A DNA stretch of 64,000 bases from Chrysomallon squamiferum (taxonomy: Eukaryota; Animalia; Mollusca): the NCBI GenBank assembly GCA_012295275.1, contig CM022671.1:9362001-9426000 (forward strand), given 5' to 3'. The position numbers and the translations under genes are program-made. Position 1 is the first letter of the stretch. Each line of letters starts with the position of its first letter. Below, piece by piece: positions 40,546-53,528 of the stretch. The notes below the pieces were generated by a model. It made no database searches. It saw nothing but the letters and a program-made list of their open reading frames with translations, and had not been told where the DNA came from.

Positions 40546-41795
40546 TGAATTGAATTATACTTGATATTTAATTCAGTACAATTATTTGTTTTTATTATCT
40601 TTTTCTGCTGTTACAATCTTCTGTTATTTGAAAAAGTATTTTTTTATATATTATTAATTTTTGTTATCTTCGCTGAATAATTAAACAGCATATCCCATAC
40701 ACGATAAACAAACATAATATAATTGTTTTTCATAATTTCTTGAATTAATTGAAACAGAAATCTAAATTTGAAACTATATCATTATTATTTTTATTTTTCA
40801 AAATTTGTTCTGTTGTTGTTAATGCTGTATTCCATTATCATTGTTATATTCATTCCTATTATTAATGGAGAACAGAGTTATTTCCCTTTGACTACCTAAT
40901 GAAATTGACTAATTATTATTATTATTATTAGTAGTAGTAGTAGTAGTAGTTGTAGTAGCAGTAGTAGTAGTAGTAGTTGTAGTAGTAGTATCCCTATTTG
41001 TGCATTCTGTCTGTCTTTATGTATATATCTAAATATATCTATAATTATGTACTTATAGACAGACAGACAGAGGATAGACAGGTACATTTATATTAGCGAT
41101 GAATAAATGGATAGAGACAGGTAATGGGCACTGTATATGAGTAAGAAAATTATATCATTTCTTCATTAACATCTCAATAATGTTTTTAATAAATATGTTA
41201 GAAAAAGGTGAGCAGGTGTGACCAACAAACATATTTATATAGATAGATAGATATATTTATTTACATAATTATCTCTCATTCTCTGAAAAATCATACACAC
41301 ATGACATACTTCTCTGTTTCATACATAGGTCAATACCTCTTCTCTCTCTATGACACACACAGACATATAACCATACCTACATATCAGTCTCTCTAAGTCT
41401 AGCTATCTATCCATAATCTATTTAACACACATACTTTTATTCACATACTCAGTTATATACAATCCTCTAACATAAAAACAAATACTCATGATTACGAACC
41501 TATGTATCTACGTATCTATTTATGTAGTTTGCATATATAGATTATGCAGTTTATACAATATATGTGTTTGTGTGTGTCCATCCATTTAGCTATATCTACC
41601 ATAATACACATACACATAAACCTATTCACTCTTGTATTTATTTATATATAATCTCTATATCAATCATCTGATTCTCTCAAAAAAATCCACAAAAAGCACA
41701 CTCTATTTCACACACATTTATATACCCATTCTCTCTAACACAAATATTTGTATACACACATACACACAGACACATACACATCAATTTATCTATGT

Positions 41796-42439
41796 CAGTG
41801 TTTCCCAACCGGGGCAGTCAGACGGACAGAATGAAATAGACAGAACAAATGAATACATCTATAATAACATTACAGTGATTACTATGTACAATGCACATGG
41901 ATAATAAGGATATCATGCCTAATTTAAATAGTAATTAGTATAAATAAATAACTATTTAATTAGTTAAAGTGTAAATAGTTTCTAATATAAAAAAAACAAG
42001 TTTATTTTACTTTTCAGGTAAATCATTAGTATTGTGCAGAAGTGAATATATTTGTGTACTGCCAACCCCTTGCATTAAGACGCACGTGGTTGTTAGAAGC
42101 ACACGAGTTAGTTGCGAATAGAGCAGTGTGGGTGTGTGTTGTGTTTTGTCTTCCCTCCTACCTGCCAATATTTGAACACAATTTTTAACGCGTGAAAGAT
42201 GATGAAGTATTTGAAAAGACGATGTGCAAGTGAAGAAGAGGATAGTGGAAATGAGCAACACTTAGCAGAGCAAAGTACAAGTAAGGTAGTTAAAGTGGGT
42301 GAGACTTCTGTAGCTTTAGTTTGTCTTTTTTTGTTTTAGCTGGTAAAATAAAATAAATGTGTGTGTGGGGGTGGGGCACCGCAGGATATTAAAAAAATGT
42401 TATAGGGCTCCGCATTGATGAAAAGGTTGGGAATCACTG
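41796..42439 (+). mobile_element. hAT (Charlie-type) non-autonomous element, 644 bp
   Basis: TIRs CAGTGTTTCCCAACC / GGTTGGGAATCACTG (14/15 match); perfect 8-bp TSD atctatgt at 41788-41795 and 42440-42447; internal MMKYLKRRCASEEEDSG resembles a transposase start. Confidence 0.93.
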
Positions 42440-42625
42440 ATCTATGTTATCTGTATATATCTATCTATATATGTACCTAATTATTGTTGACCTAACCTAC
42501 CAATCTATTCTTAAGCAATCAATATGTCTAACTACCTATATCTCTGTCATTTGTCTATATCACTTGCTCCAGTCTATATCTCTACCATTATCTATATCAT
42601 TTGTCTGTCTCTTTGTGTCTCTAAG

Positions 42626-42695
<70 letters not shown>

Positions 42696-42699
<4 letters not shown>

Positions 42700-44352
42700 C
42701 TTTATCTCTATCACCTGTCTTCATCACTACCTTTATCTCTATCACCTGTCTTCATCACTATCTTTATCTCTATCACCTGTATTCATCACTATCTTTATCA
42801 CCTGTCTTCATCACTACCTTTATCTCTATCACCTGTCTTCATCACTATCTGTATCTCTATCACCTGTCTTCATCACTATCTTTATCTCTATCACCTGTCT
42901 TCATCACTATCTTTATCTCTATCACCTGTCTTCATCACTACCTTTATCTCTATCGCCTGTCTTCATCACTATCTTTATCTCTATCGCCTGTCTTCATCAC
43001 TATCTTTATCGCCTGTCTTCATCACTATCGCCTGTCTTCATCACTATCTTTATCTCTATCACCTGTCTTCATCACTATCTTTATCTCTATCACCTGTCTT
43101 CATCACTATCTTTATCTCTATCACCTGTCTTCGTCACTATCTGTATCTCTATCACCTGTCTTCGTCACTATCTTTATCTCTATCACCTGTCTTCATCACT
43201 ATCTTTATCTCTATCGCCTGTCTTCATCACTATCTTTATCGCCTGTCTTCATCACTATCGCCTGTCTTCATCACTATCTTTATCTCTATCACCTGTCTTC
43301 ATCACTATCTGTATCTCTATCACCTGTCTTCATCACTATCTTTATCTCTATCACCTGTCTTCATCACTATCTTTATCTCTATCGCCTGTCTTCATCACTA
43401 TCTTTATCGCCTGTCTTCATCACTATCTTTATCTCTATCACCTGTCTTCATCACTATCTTTATCTCTATCACCTGTCTTCATCACTATCTTTATCTCTAT
43501 CACCTGTCTTCATCACTATCTTTATCTCTATCGCCTGTCTTCATCACTATCTTTATCGCCTGTCTTCATCACTATCGCCTGTCTTCATCACTATCTTTAT
43601 CTCTTTCACCTGTCTTCATCACTATCTTTATCTCTATCACCTGTCTTCATCACTATCTTTATCTCTATCACCTGTCTTCATCACTATCTTTATCTCTATC
43701 GCCTGTCTTCATCACTATCTTTATCGCCAGTCTTCATCACTATTGCCTGTCTTCATCACTATCTTTATCTCTATCACCTGTCTTCATCACTATCTGTATC
43801 TCTATCGCCTGTCTTCATCACTATCTTTATCGCCAGTCTTCATCACTATTGCCTGTCTTCATCACTACCTTTATCTATCACCTGTCTTCATCACTATCTT
43901 TATCTCTATCGCCTGTCTTCATCACTATCTGTATCTCTATCACCTGTCTTCATCACTATCTTTATCTCTATCACCTGTCTTCATCATTACCTTTATCTCT
44001 ATCACCTGTCTTCATCACTATCTTTATCTCTATCACCTGTCTTCATCACTATCTTTATCTCTATCACCTGTCTTCATCACTATCTTTATCTCTATCGCCT
44101 GTCTTCATCACTATCTTTATCGCCTGTCTTCATCACTATCGCCTGTCTTCATCACTATCTTTATCTCTATCACCTGTCTTCATCACTATCTTTATCTCTA
44201 TCACCTGTCTTCATCACTATCTTTATCTCTATCACCTGTCTTCATCACTATCTGTATCTCTATCGCCTGTCTTCATCACTATCTTTATCTCTATCACCTG
44301 TCTTCATCACTATCTTTATCTCTATCACTGTCTTCATCACTATCTTTATCTC
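42696..44352. repeat. 31-bp minisatellite (~1.65 kb) with 25- and 19-bp variants
   Basis: Unit tcacctgtcttcatcactatctttatctcta, abutting a (CT)n tract at 42630-42697. Confidence 0.97.
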
Positions 44353-45089
44353 TGAACTGTCTGTTTCATTACCTTTCTCTATCACTTTTCTGTCTCTCTA
44401 CCTAAATCTCTATGTCTTCTCACTGACTACCTATATCTCTGTCACTTGCCTATCTCTCTGTATTTATCACTGTAACTTGCTATCTCTCAACCTTTATGTC
44501 TAACCCATGATAATAATAATAATAAATTAGTGCATCTACAAACAAAAAGGACCAACTAGATCACTGTTACTAATTATAGAAATTTTCCTAGCCACTTTAA
44601 GAATGGTGCCTCACCATGCTTTGAATGGATCACACCATGCTGCACCAATTGGTACCAATTAAAAAGATTCCTTGACTTGCAATTGCTTTTAAAAAATTGT
44701 TATAATTAAATTTCTCTGATTAAAACCTTGAATAACAAAGATATGCTACTTCCTTTAAATTAGAACGAAAAAACAAACTATTTTATTTTAAGGATAACAT
44801 ATATGTATGTGTGGATCATGACAATGGGTGACCAATTTAAAAACAGTATGTTTTCTAATATTTAATTACTGTACAGGCTTTCATACAATACACTGAAATA
44901 GACTGACATACTTTGATAGTGTTACATTCTCATAATATTAATTCTCACCCCAAGAAATTATAATAACAATTAAAAATCAATACAACCATGTTATTTATAT
45001 GCAGTATAGAGAATTGTCACAACTGTGACATGCGAACATCCAAAGGTGTAATTTGAAAATAATATTTTTACCAACAGTTTCAAGTTACT

Positions 45090-46709
45090 GTTATGTAGCT
45101 GCTTGTCTTGTCTAACAAAAAGTTGAATGCTGTGGTGAAGGTATTCCTGTCAGCCAGCTGGAATCCCAGGAGGGGGTATAGGTTCTGGAAGTCCTGTTAT
45201 CAAGCTCATCAAGCTTTTGCTTATAAAATACAATGTCTGGTTTATCACTGCAAAAATGGAAATTCTGACTTGACTTCATTCCTTTAAGAGGACGAAACCA
45301 CCCATCAAAGTACATCTGCCAGTCTGGTGCAAACTTGATATGGCCAGAAGGCATAAAATTAAGTGTTATTTCTGTATGGAGTCCAATCATAACCCTACCA
45401 CAACATAAATTGATTCTTATTTTGTCACAATGTAAGTTCACTTTCAATTCTCCCAGGCCAAACTTGTTGGGTGAAGTTGAAAGATTAATGAATTGTACCA
45501 GGGAAAGAGTTAGGTTGGTGACGGCCAACACTGGTAATATTAGCTTCAGTGGCAGTAACTTTGCACTCTGCCATCATGTTATTATATAACTTCCTTTCAG
45601 ATTCCACAATACACAGATTATCTAGTTGTTCACCAAGCGCTCACATTTCCTCGTCTTCTAGAAGATTGGCAGTTCAGTGAATCATCTTGTTGTTTTGTTT
45701 CCACTGCCAGCACAGATCTGTCCAACAACTATAAAGGGAACATGCAGCTTCCATAGATTAACAAAGGAGGATTTCCCTATGACATGATGACCTAAAAAGA
45801 AAAGAAACATAAAAATAAATAAGTATTAAAACAATCACTGCAAATTATAACTTTTTCAAGTAACAATTTCTAAATAATTTAATTACTAATTTTCCATATC
45901 GAGTAACAATATCAGTAACTTTAAAACTTAAAAACTAAGTAAGAATATAAATGTATGCATGGCTACTTGAATTAGTGTACTGTTTTAAGCACCTTTCCTA
46001 TAAAGTATAATTTAATGCTTGTTTTAAATCATCTCCAGATACAGAAGTCAAGTAAAGGTAGGGGGTGTTTAATCTTTGCTTCACAACAAACATGTATACA
46101 TATTAAATTATATATGTATATCAACATGTATATTCAGCTATACTTAAATCTCTATACATTCTTATACAGGTATATATAAAACCCACAAATATACCAATCT
46201 ATTCATTCAAATAACTATGTAGTATTAAAAATAAAACAAATTCATTAAAACATGACACAGTGACAGTATGGTCAAATTTTGCATAATAAAAAGAATATTC
46301 TCAGTACCAAGGAAGGGAACAAATATTAATGAGCAGTTAGAAAAAAAACAGTTGCTTTATCAATAGTTAACATTTATTTGGTTGTGCACGTGCTCTTGAA
46401 GAATCTTTTGTGTGAAGACACAATCAACTTACCTCGTGCAATAACAAGTTGTTGGTAATGCCTTCAAAGTGAAGACTTCGTCTCAGATGTGGGGAGTATG
46501 TCGACATCATTTCTCTTGAATCCTGGTACCCGCCAGGTAAGATGAGTGGATGGTCCTCTGCAAAATGCTGCAGAAACTGGACAACACTCTCTGTTTCATC
46601 AGAACTAAGTACACTGGAATTAAATTTTCTCCCATCGCATTTTTTTCTGTCTTGAGTTACTCCATGCTGACGTAGTGCTTCAGCAATGCTGTTAGTTTAT
46701 TCTGACTAA
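45090..46709 (-). mobile_element. Decayed, intron-containing Sola-superfamily DDD transposase gene
   Basis: Exon 46433-46709: SQNKLTALLKHY/RQHGVT...VVQFLQHFAEDHPLILPG/VPGFKRNDVDILPTSETK. Exon from 45791: KSSFVNLWKLHVP..TDLCWQWKQNN..SFNFTQQV/FGLGELKVNLHCD..GRVMIGLHTEITLNFMPSGHIKFAPDW..LPEPIPPPGIPAG*QEYLHHSIQLFV. These match the motif order I recall for Sola-type transposases; there are several stops, frameshifts and internal deletions. Confidence 0.8.
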
Positions 46710-46789
46710 CTGTGAAAATTTAAATAAAACAGGCCTGAGTATTTTGTACAAAGCATTTAAGCCTATAAACTGATAACCAAGTATTTCTT

Positions 46790-47019
46790 AACACACACAC
46801 ACACATACTGTTATCTGAGTAGCAATTATCACTATTGCTGATACACACATACACACTATTATCTGAGTAGCAATTATCACTATTGCTGATACATACACAC
46901 ACACTATTATCCAAGTAGTAGCAATTATCACTATTGTTGATACACACAAACTCATTCACACACACGCACGCACACATTATCACAGTAGCAATTATCACTA
47001 CATATATACTCACTCACTG

Positions 47020-47061
<42 letters not shown>

Positions 47062-47200
47062 TTATCTGAGTAGTAGCAATTATCACTGTTGCTGATACAC
47101 ACTCTCATTCACTCTCAGGAATATAAATATATGTAAAGCTAAAATTACAAAATTAATTATAAAAGGCAGACAGAGATGCAGAGGCAGAATAAGAGAGAGG
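46790..47200. repeat. Short copy of the ~45-60-bp ctattatctgagtagtagcaattatcactattgctgatacac array plus conserved tail
   Basis: About 5 units followed by ctcaggaatataaatatatgtaaagctaaaattacaaaattaattataaaag. Confidence 0.9.
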
Positions 47201-47807
47201 TACATCTATCTATCTATCTATCTATCTATCTAGCTATCTAAATGAAATTTGGCTGACAGCTTGAGCATGTGCTGTTGTGCACATTTTCTGATTGCTTGAC
47301 AGACAGGGTCAAGATCTGCTGCAGGCAATGACCAACCACCAACACTTAGAGCTTCACATTCTTTATTCAGAAATAATCAAATTATATTAATTATTTAAAA
47401 ACATTTACAAAATTAAAATCGGTAATGGTTACCATTAATGAAAAAGCCAATAACTCGAAAGATGGAGATGCAGTTAAGAGATTGAAAATATTAATATCTT
47501 CACCCTAATATATTTATAAAAAGGGCACTTACCTGGAAACCCATCCATATTTCTTCATGTCTACTGGGCTACTTGTTTACAATAAAAGTTGGTATAACCT
47601 TTACACCTCTTCTTTTCAGTATCAGTCTGTGTGTAGATAATAACACATCTCCTTATTTTCAAGTCTTCTCACTTCTTCCTTTTAAATAAAAAATTTAAAA
47701 AAGACATTAATGTTCACAAATCATTATGCACTGAGCTCATTATGCAATAGGAAAAACTGAAATTTAATGTGCTGCTTCCAAATTTTTTGAAAAAGAAGCA
47801 AGAACAA

Positions 47808-47838
<31 letters not shown>

Positions 47839-48127
47839 TAATAATAATAATAATATAATATAATAATAAAAATAATAAATTCAATATATGTCACTGTAAA
47901 AAATGAATATTTTACTTAATTTACTGTTTCACTATTGATTATTAAATATGGGTTTTTTTGATTTTTTTCATGTGTTTCTGTGGAAAATACATCTTCTAAA
48001 TGCTTCTTACAGCACCATACATTTTTAAAAACTAGCTTATCATTGTTTTTATGAAACAAAATCAATATTTATATATTTTCTATTACTGATAATGAAAAAT
48101 GCCTACACTGTTCAGTATTAATAATAA

Positions 48128-48162
<35 letters not shown>

Positions 48163-48865
48163 AAATCAATATATATATTTTAAAAAAATCTTATTTAGTA
48201 TAATTTCTGTTGTTTAAGAAAATGAAAACTGATATAAACATTACAATCTAAGGCTTGCCTAGTTCTATACCGAAGAGTTCCGTATAGTTATTTTCTTTGA
48301 TGTCTGCCTTGATGTCATAAACATTATTAATAAGTGATATTTCTTATCAGCAAATTCAATATTATCTGTTCTCATTCAATAGTAAATGCAGATTAAAATG
48401 GGTTTTTTTTTTTGTTGTTGTTTTTTTTATTTTTTTTAGCAGACGCAGACAACATTTTTCTAAACCACTCACATTTCCATTTTTAATGACCTCTTTGAGA
48501 AGATCTCCAGGATTTCACAAGTAATCCAGAGAATCAAGAATTTCAACTGCCTGACTTTTGTGTTATTACAGCTGAGAATTAAAATATTAAGAATAATGAA
48601 AAAAAATTCAGTAATAACATGAAAATATTTTTAAATGAGTGTTTAATCTTGCAAATGTTGTCCTAGATTCCAGTGGGAAAACTGATTCTCAAACAGGAAA
48701 CTAATTTAAACATAGGATTATAGTATTTATACAATTACACATATTTCCAGTGTTGTTTTTTCATTAGCAATTTTATGATGTTAACTAAAGTATGAAATAA
48801 TTATTATATCAGTTTTAGTTTGCAGTTAGAGTATTAATTATCACACACAAGTACACGCAAAATGC

Positions 48866-48896
<31 letters not shown>

Positions 48897-50803
48897 CACC
48901 AATGAATTGAAATACAAAACTGGAAATAAATATCTAGTTCATGCACTTTCTAAACATGGCAGAAACTAATCAATCAATACAGAACTATAAACAGCACTAA
49001 CTGTACAATACCATAATTTAAAATCAAATCAGTGTTCAAGACAAAGGAGCTGCTGAATAAAAATCTGTTTTCGTTTACAGAGACACATTGGAAAAATGTC
49101 TGAAGATGTTATGAGTCAATGCGAGATACAGCAAAGACACTGAGTATTTCAACACCACAACATCTCGACGTGACCTCCAAGCCAAAGAACAAGAATAATC
49201 TGGTTTTTGATGCAGTTACCTAAGTGTGGACAGTGTCAGACAAGGTGACACACAATAATGAAATGTACACAATGATATAACCCATTTAGCTATTCTGGTG
49301 AAAATCACTACAAAAACTCTGACCATTGCTGATCCCTGGCAAAAAATGCAAAGGATCACATGAAATAAATAAATAAATAAATAAATAAATACCCTACAGC
49401 TTCATTATGACATCTTCATTATGAAAGTTTTTATATAACTTATTAATCCAGTTAAAATAAATTTCAATTCATTTTACGTGTTAAATTTTCTTATTTCCTG
49501 TAAAATGTAATTCTCTAACAAGAATAAATAATATTACTCAAAAAAAACTTATCTTTCTTTCCACTATTGATGTTGCATGCTTTCTTCTCAAAACATCTAG
49601 GAACTGTAGGAACTGCTGACAAAAATATTCTGACTGGAATTGGTTTCTATGGTTTCTGTTAGTATTACTGACGACATTCTCAACGTGAGATAAAATGTCA
49701 TACTCTTTCAAGCTGATAATCACACAGGCAGTGTCTGTAAGTAAAAAAGTTTCTAAATAAAAATAATAAAATTACTGATATGGAATTAATTGCATAAAAT
49801 GGCATTGTTTTTATCATATATTAAATAAATGACAGAAAATGGCAGGCTAACAACTAAGATCTCTGAGAATAACTAAAGCTGTTACAATACTAAATATGAT
49901 CTGTTAGAGTGAATTAAACAACATTTAATTAGAAAAAATATTTAATAAAATAAAACAACTCAAATCTCTGCACTTGGACACCAACATCGCATACCTTAGT
50001 GTGAAATATATATCAGTTAATTTCATCTGTCAGTATTGTCCTGTACAAAGTCCACTGGTTTGTGTTTGTATGTGAGCAGAGGAGGAATTGACGGGTATCT
50101 GTTTCTTTTTTGCCTTAAAAAAAATGTAATAAAAACAACAAGAATAAGGTGAAATTAATATATTTAGGAAAAAACAAGTTTATTTCTCTACTGATCAGAG
50201 GCAAAAACAATATATGTTCTTATGCAGCAGGAAATGAACAATACAGACAGAAACCTACATATACTCTTTATCTCTGTCATAAATATATACTAAGTGATTT
50301 AACATTTTATCCATTGTATAAAGCAATTAGCATAGGCAAAAAAGTCTGAAACAAAAAATAGATCATATATTAAAACATTTCAAACACAATTAGTCTAGCA
50401 TCACTGTGTCAAAGTGACTGGTATCTGCATGTGTGTGTGAGTGTGTTTTGTTATGTGTAGATGTGTATGTACCTGTTTCTTGATCAATATTGTTTTCTAC
50501 ATATTTGTTATCATTACCTTTCATTTTCTTCTTCTTATTGTTATCATCATCATCATCATCATCATCATCATCTTTATTATTATTATTATTATTATTATTA
50601 TTTCACATTATAGGTGAAATTTTTGTTTCTTTCTTTATGTCTATCTTTGATAAATGACATTCCAGAACAAAAATAAATGTTGCATTCAAAAGTAAATAAA
50701 GCAGAAAATACGTGAAATTACAGATATGTGTGTGTGTTGTTGTTTTAACAATGCTAACAGTAGTATCAGGTTAGATATTGCTTGGCTAATGAAGAGTCAA
50801 CAG

Positions 50804-50904
<101 letters not shown>

Positions 50905-51192
50905 GGCTTATGATGAAAGTGTTGTTATAAATGGACAGGCAAACAGAAAGATAAATAAGGATTTTGAAAGTTCTTATGCATGCAGGAGGTGAGTGAGACA
51001 GAGAGACTCAGAGGTAGGGAGAGTTTAATACAGATAAAAACTTAGACAGACTGATAGATTATTTGTAGACAGATAAATAGACTGGTAGAAAGGAACAAAG
51101 ACAAATAGAAAGCCACAGAGAACATACTGACATACAAGACAAGCAGATTAAGAGACATGATAGATATAAGCAACTGTATGATGGTAATGTGG

Positions 51193-51227
<35 letters not shown>

Positions 51228-53478
51228 AAAATGGTGTTATATACATATGTGTTTGTGTGTGTGTGTGTGTGTGTGTGAAAGAAATTTTTTACAGAGTCAA
51301 TATGAAATGATGAACATGTCTGATAGGTTTAATTGAGTATTTGAGCAAGAAACTGTGGGAATACGTGTTTATGAATTAGATAGAAAGAATGGGTATATCG
51401 TGTGGTTTTGTGTGTAGTTTTCTGTGTGTTTTTGAGAGTGGGTATGTGTTGTAGATACATAGGTAGATAGAGAGACAGAAAGATATATGTGAATGTGAAA
51501 GATGTAGTGTGTAAACATGTATGGCTCTATAATATTTTGTGTTTGTGTGTTAGGGAGAATGTGGATACATAGGGTATTGCTACTTTTGTATATTTTTAGA
51601 AAGGGTGGGTGTATTATTCAAAGAACATTTCTTTTCGAACGTGCATGTATTCTCTATCTTGCTCACATGAAGAAATACTCACTCTTTCTTACATATGCAC
51701 TCCAGCTTTCATATTTGCAGACATAGCTTACCTAACAAGTTTACACACACACACACACACACAGAAACACATTTTATTTCACACATCACCACTCTCTAAC
51801 CCACACAAAAATAAATACTCAGTATATTCTTACACCTATACACATGCCTGTCTCTAAGTAAATCCACCCCAAAATCTATATCTAAAATAAATAAACATAA
51901 TCTTGTTCACTTATTTATTGACCCATCTTCAGATGTAAACATACTCTCATTTACACATTCATTTGTACACCAATCCTCTAACATAAATACAAAACAGTAT
52001 ATTCATACACATATACTCATGATTATGAACCTATATAATGCATATATTTATGTAGTTTGTATATATCCATCTATCTATATCTATCCTCTCTACCACACAT
52101 ATACATACATAAACCCACATTCATTCACTCATATATTTATTTATTTATATTTATCAATCAATCATATGACTCTCTCATCACACTATCTTTCACACATTTA
52201 TATACCCATTCTCTCTAACACACAAACACATATGCCCATATTTATACAGACAAATATATACATACATCAGTGGTCTATCTATCTATATATAATTATTGTC
52301 TACCTGACCTATGAATATGACCTACAAATGTTGATAATATCATATAATTGTCTGAATAGTATTGGATACAGCTAAAGGAATATTATCGGCTTTTCAAGAA
52401 TAATCTTGATAATGTTAATTAAGAAAATGTCGATATTCAGTTTCCAAATTACATGTGAAACCTCTATTTTGCAATCCATCTATCTACCTCTCTATTAATC
52501 TGTCTCACTTTCTCAAAATTAGTCACACACACACACGTACATATACACTTTCTCTATTTACACCCTTTTTAAAATGCATTATTTAAATACACTTTTTCTT
52601 ACACAAACTCACATCCTCCTTTAACACTGCCATACAGCAATCCTCTCTAACAAACATACATACACATCAAGATCTCCACACTTGCCTATCCACCTCTCTC
52701 TATCTGTCTTTGTATCGCTATTCAAATATGTGTCTGTCTATCTATCTATCTATCTATCTATATATCTATCAGTATATTTATTTATTTATCTATTTTATCC
52801 CATATACATAAGGAACACTCTGTCTAACACACAAACAACAGATCATTTTTTTTTTTTACAGATGTGCAGGTATACATGTGCCTATCATATATATGTACTC
52901 ATCCTTTAATACAGACATACATACCAATCACTTCCTAAACATACACATACATTATCATTCCTATACAGATGTGTTTGTTTTTGTATATCTGTATTGATCT
53001 CTGTATATCAAACTATATAATCTATCTGTATTTAAGTTATCAGTTCATCACTAACTTGATCCAAACACGGATCCAATCCTCTTGGTCTTCTGTCTGTCTC
53101 TGTGTGTATTTATCTATGTACATATACATCATCATATCCACTTTACCATCATACTTGCTTACACCTATCTTTCTATCTATCTTCCTGACTATATATTTAT
53201 CATTCTATAGCTAGATGTGAACCTACTGACCTGCCTGTCTCTTTAGCTATCTGTATATCCATCCATTGAACTCTAAGTAAATGCCTCCCTATATATATAT
53301 ATTTCCCTATCCATCAATATTACAATCCATCAATAACCATCCATGAATCACCTATTCATCTTTCTATCTCCCTAAATAATTATAACTACTTTACATATCA
53401 GTCTGTATGTGTTACTGTCCATTTATAACAGAAATAATTCTCATTCAGAATTCCCATATTTAGCCATCCTTATCACTG

Positions 53479-53528
<50 letters not shown>

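Noticed and set aside
42444-44503. 653-aa, 659-aa and 168-aa ORFs
   Set aside because: Entirely a translation of (CT)n plus a stop-free 31-bp minisatellite; all frames give the same cyclic peptide
49081-49245. Plus-strand exon-like block after ttcgtttacag
   Set aside because: Stops in all three frames, no partner exons
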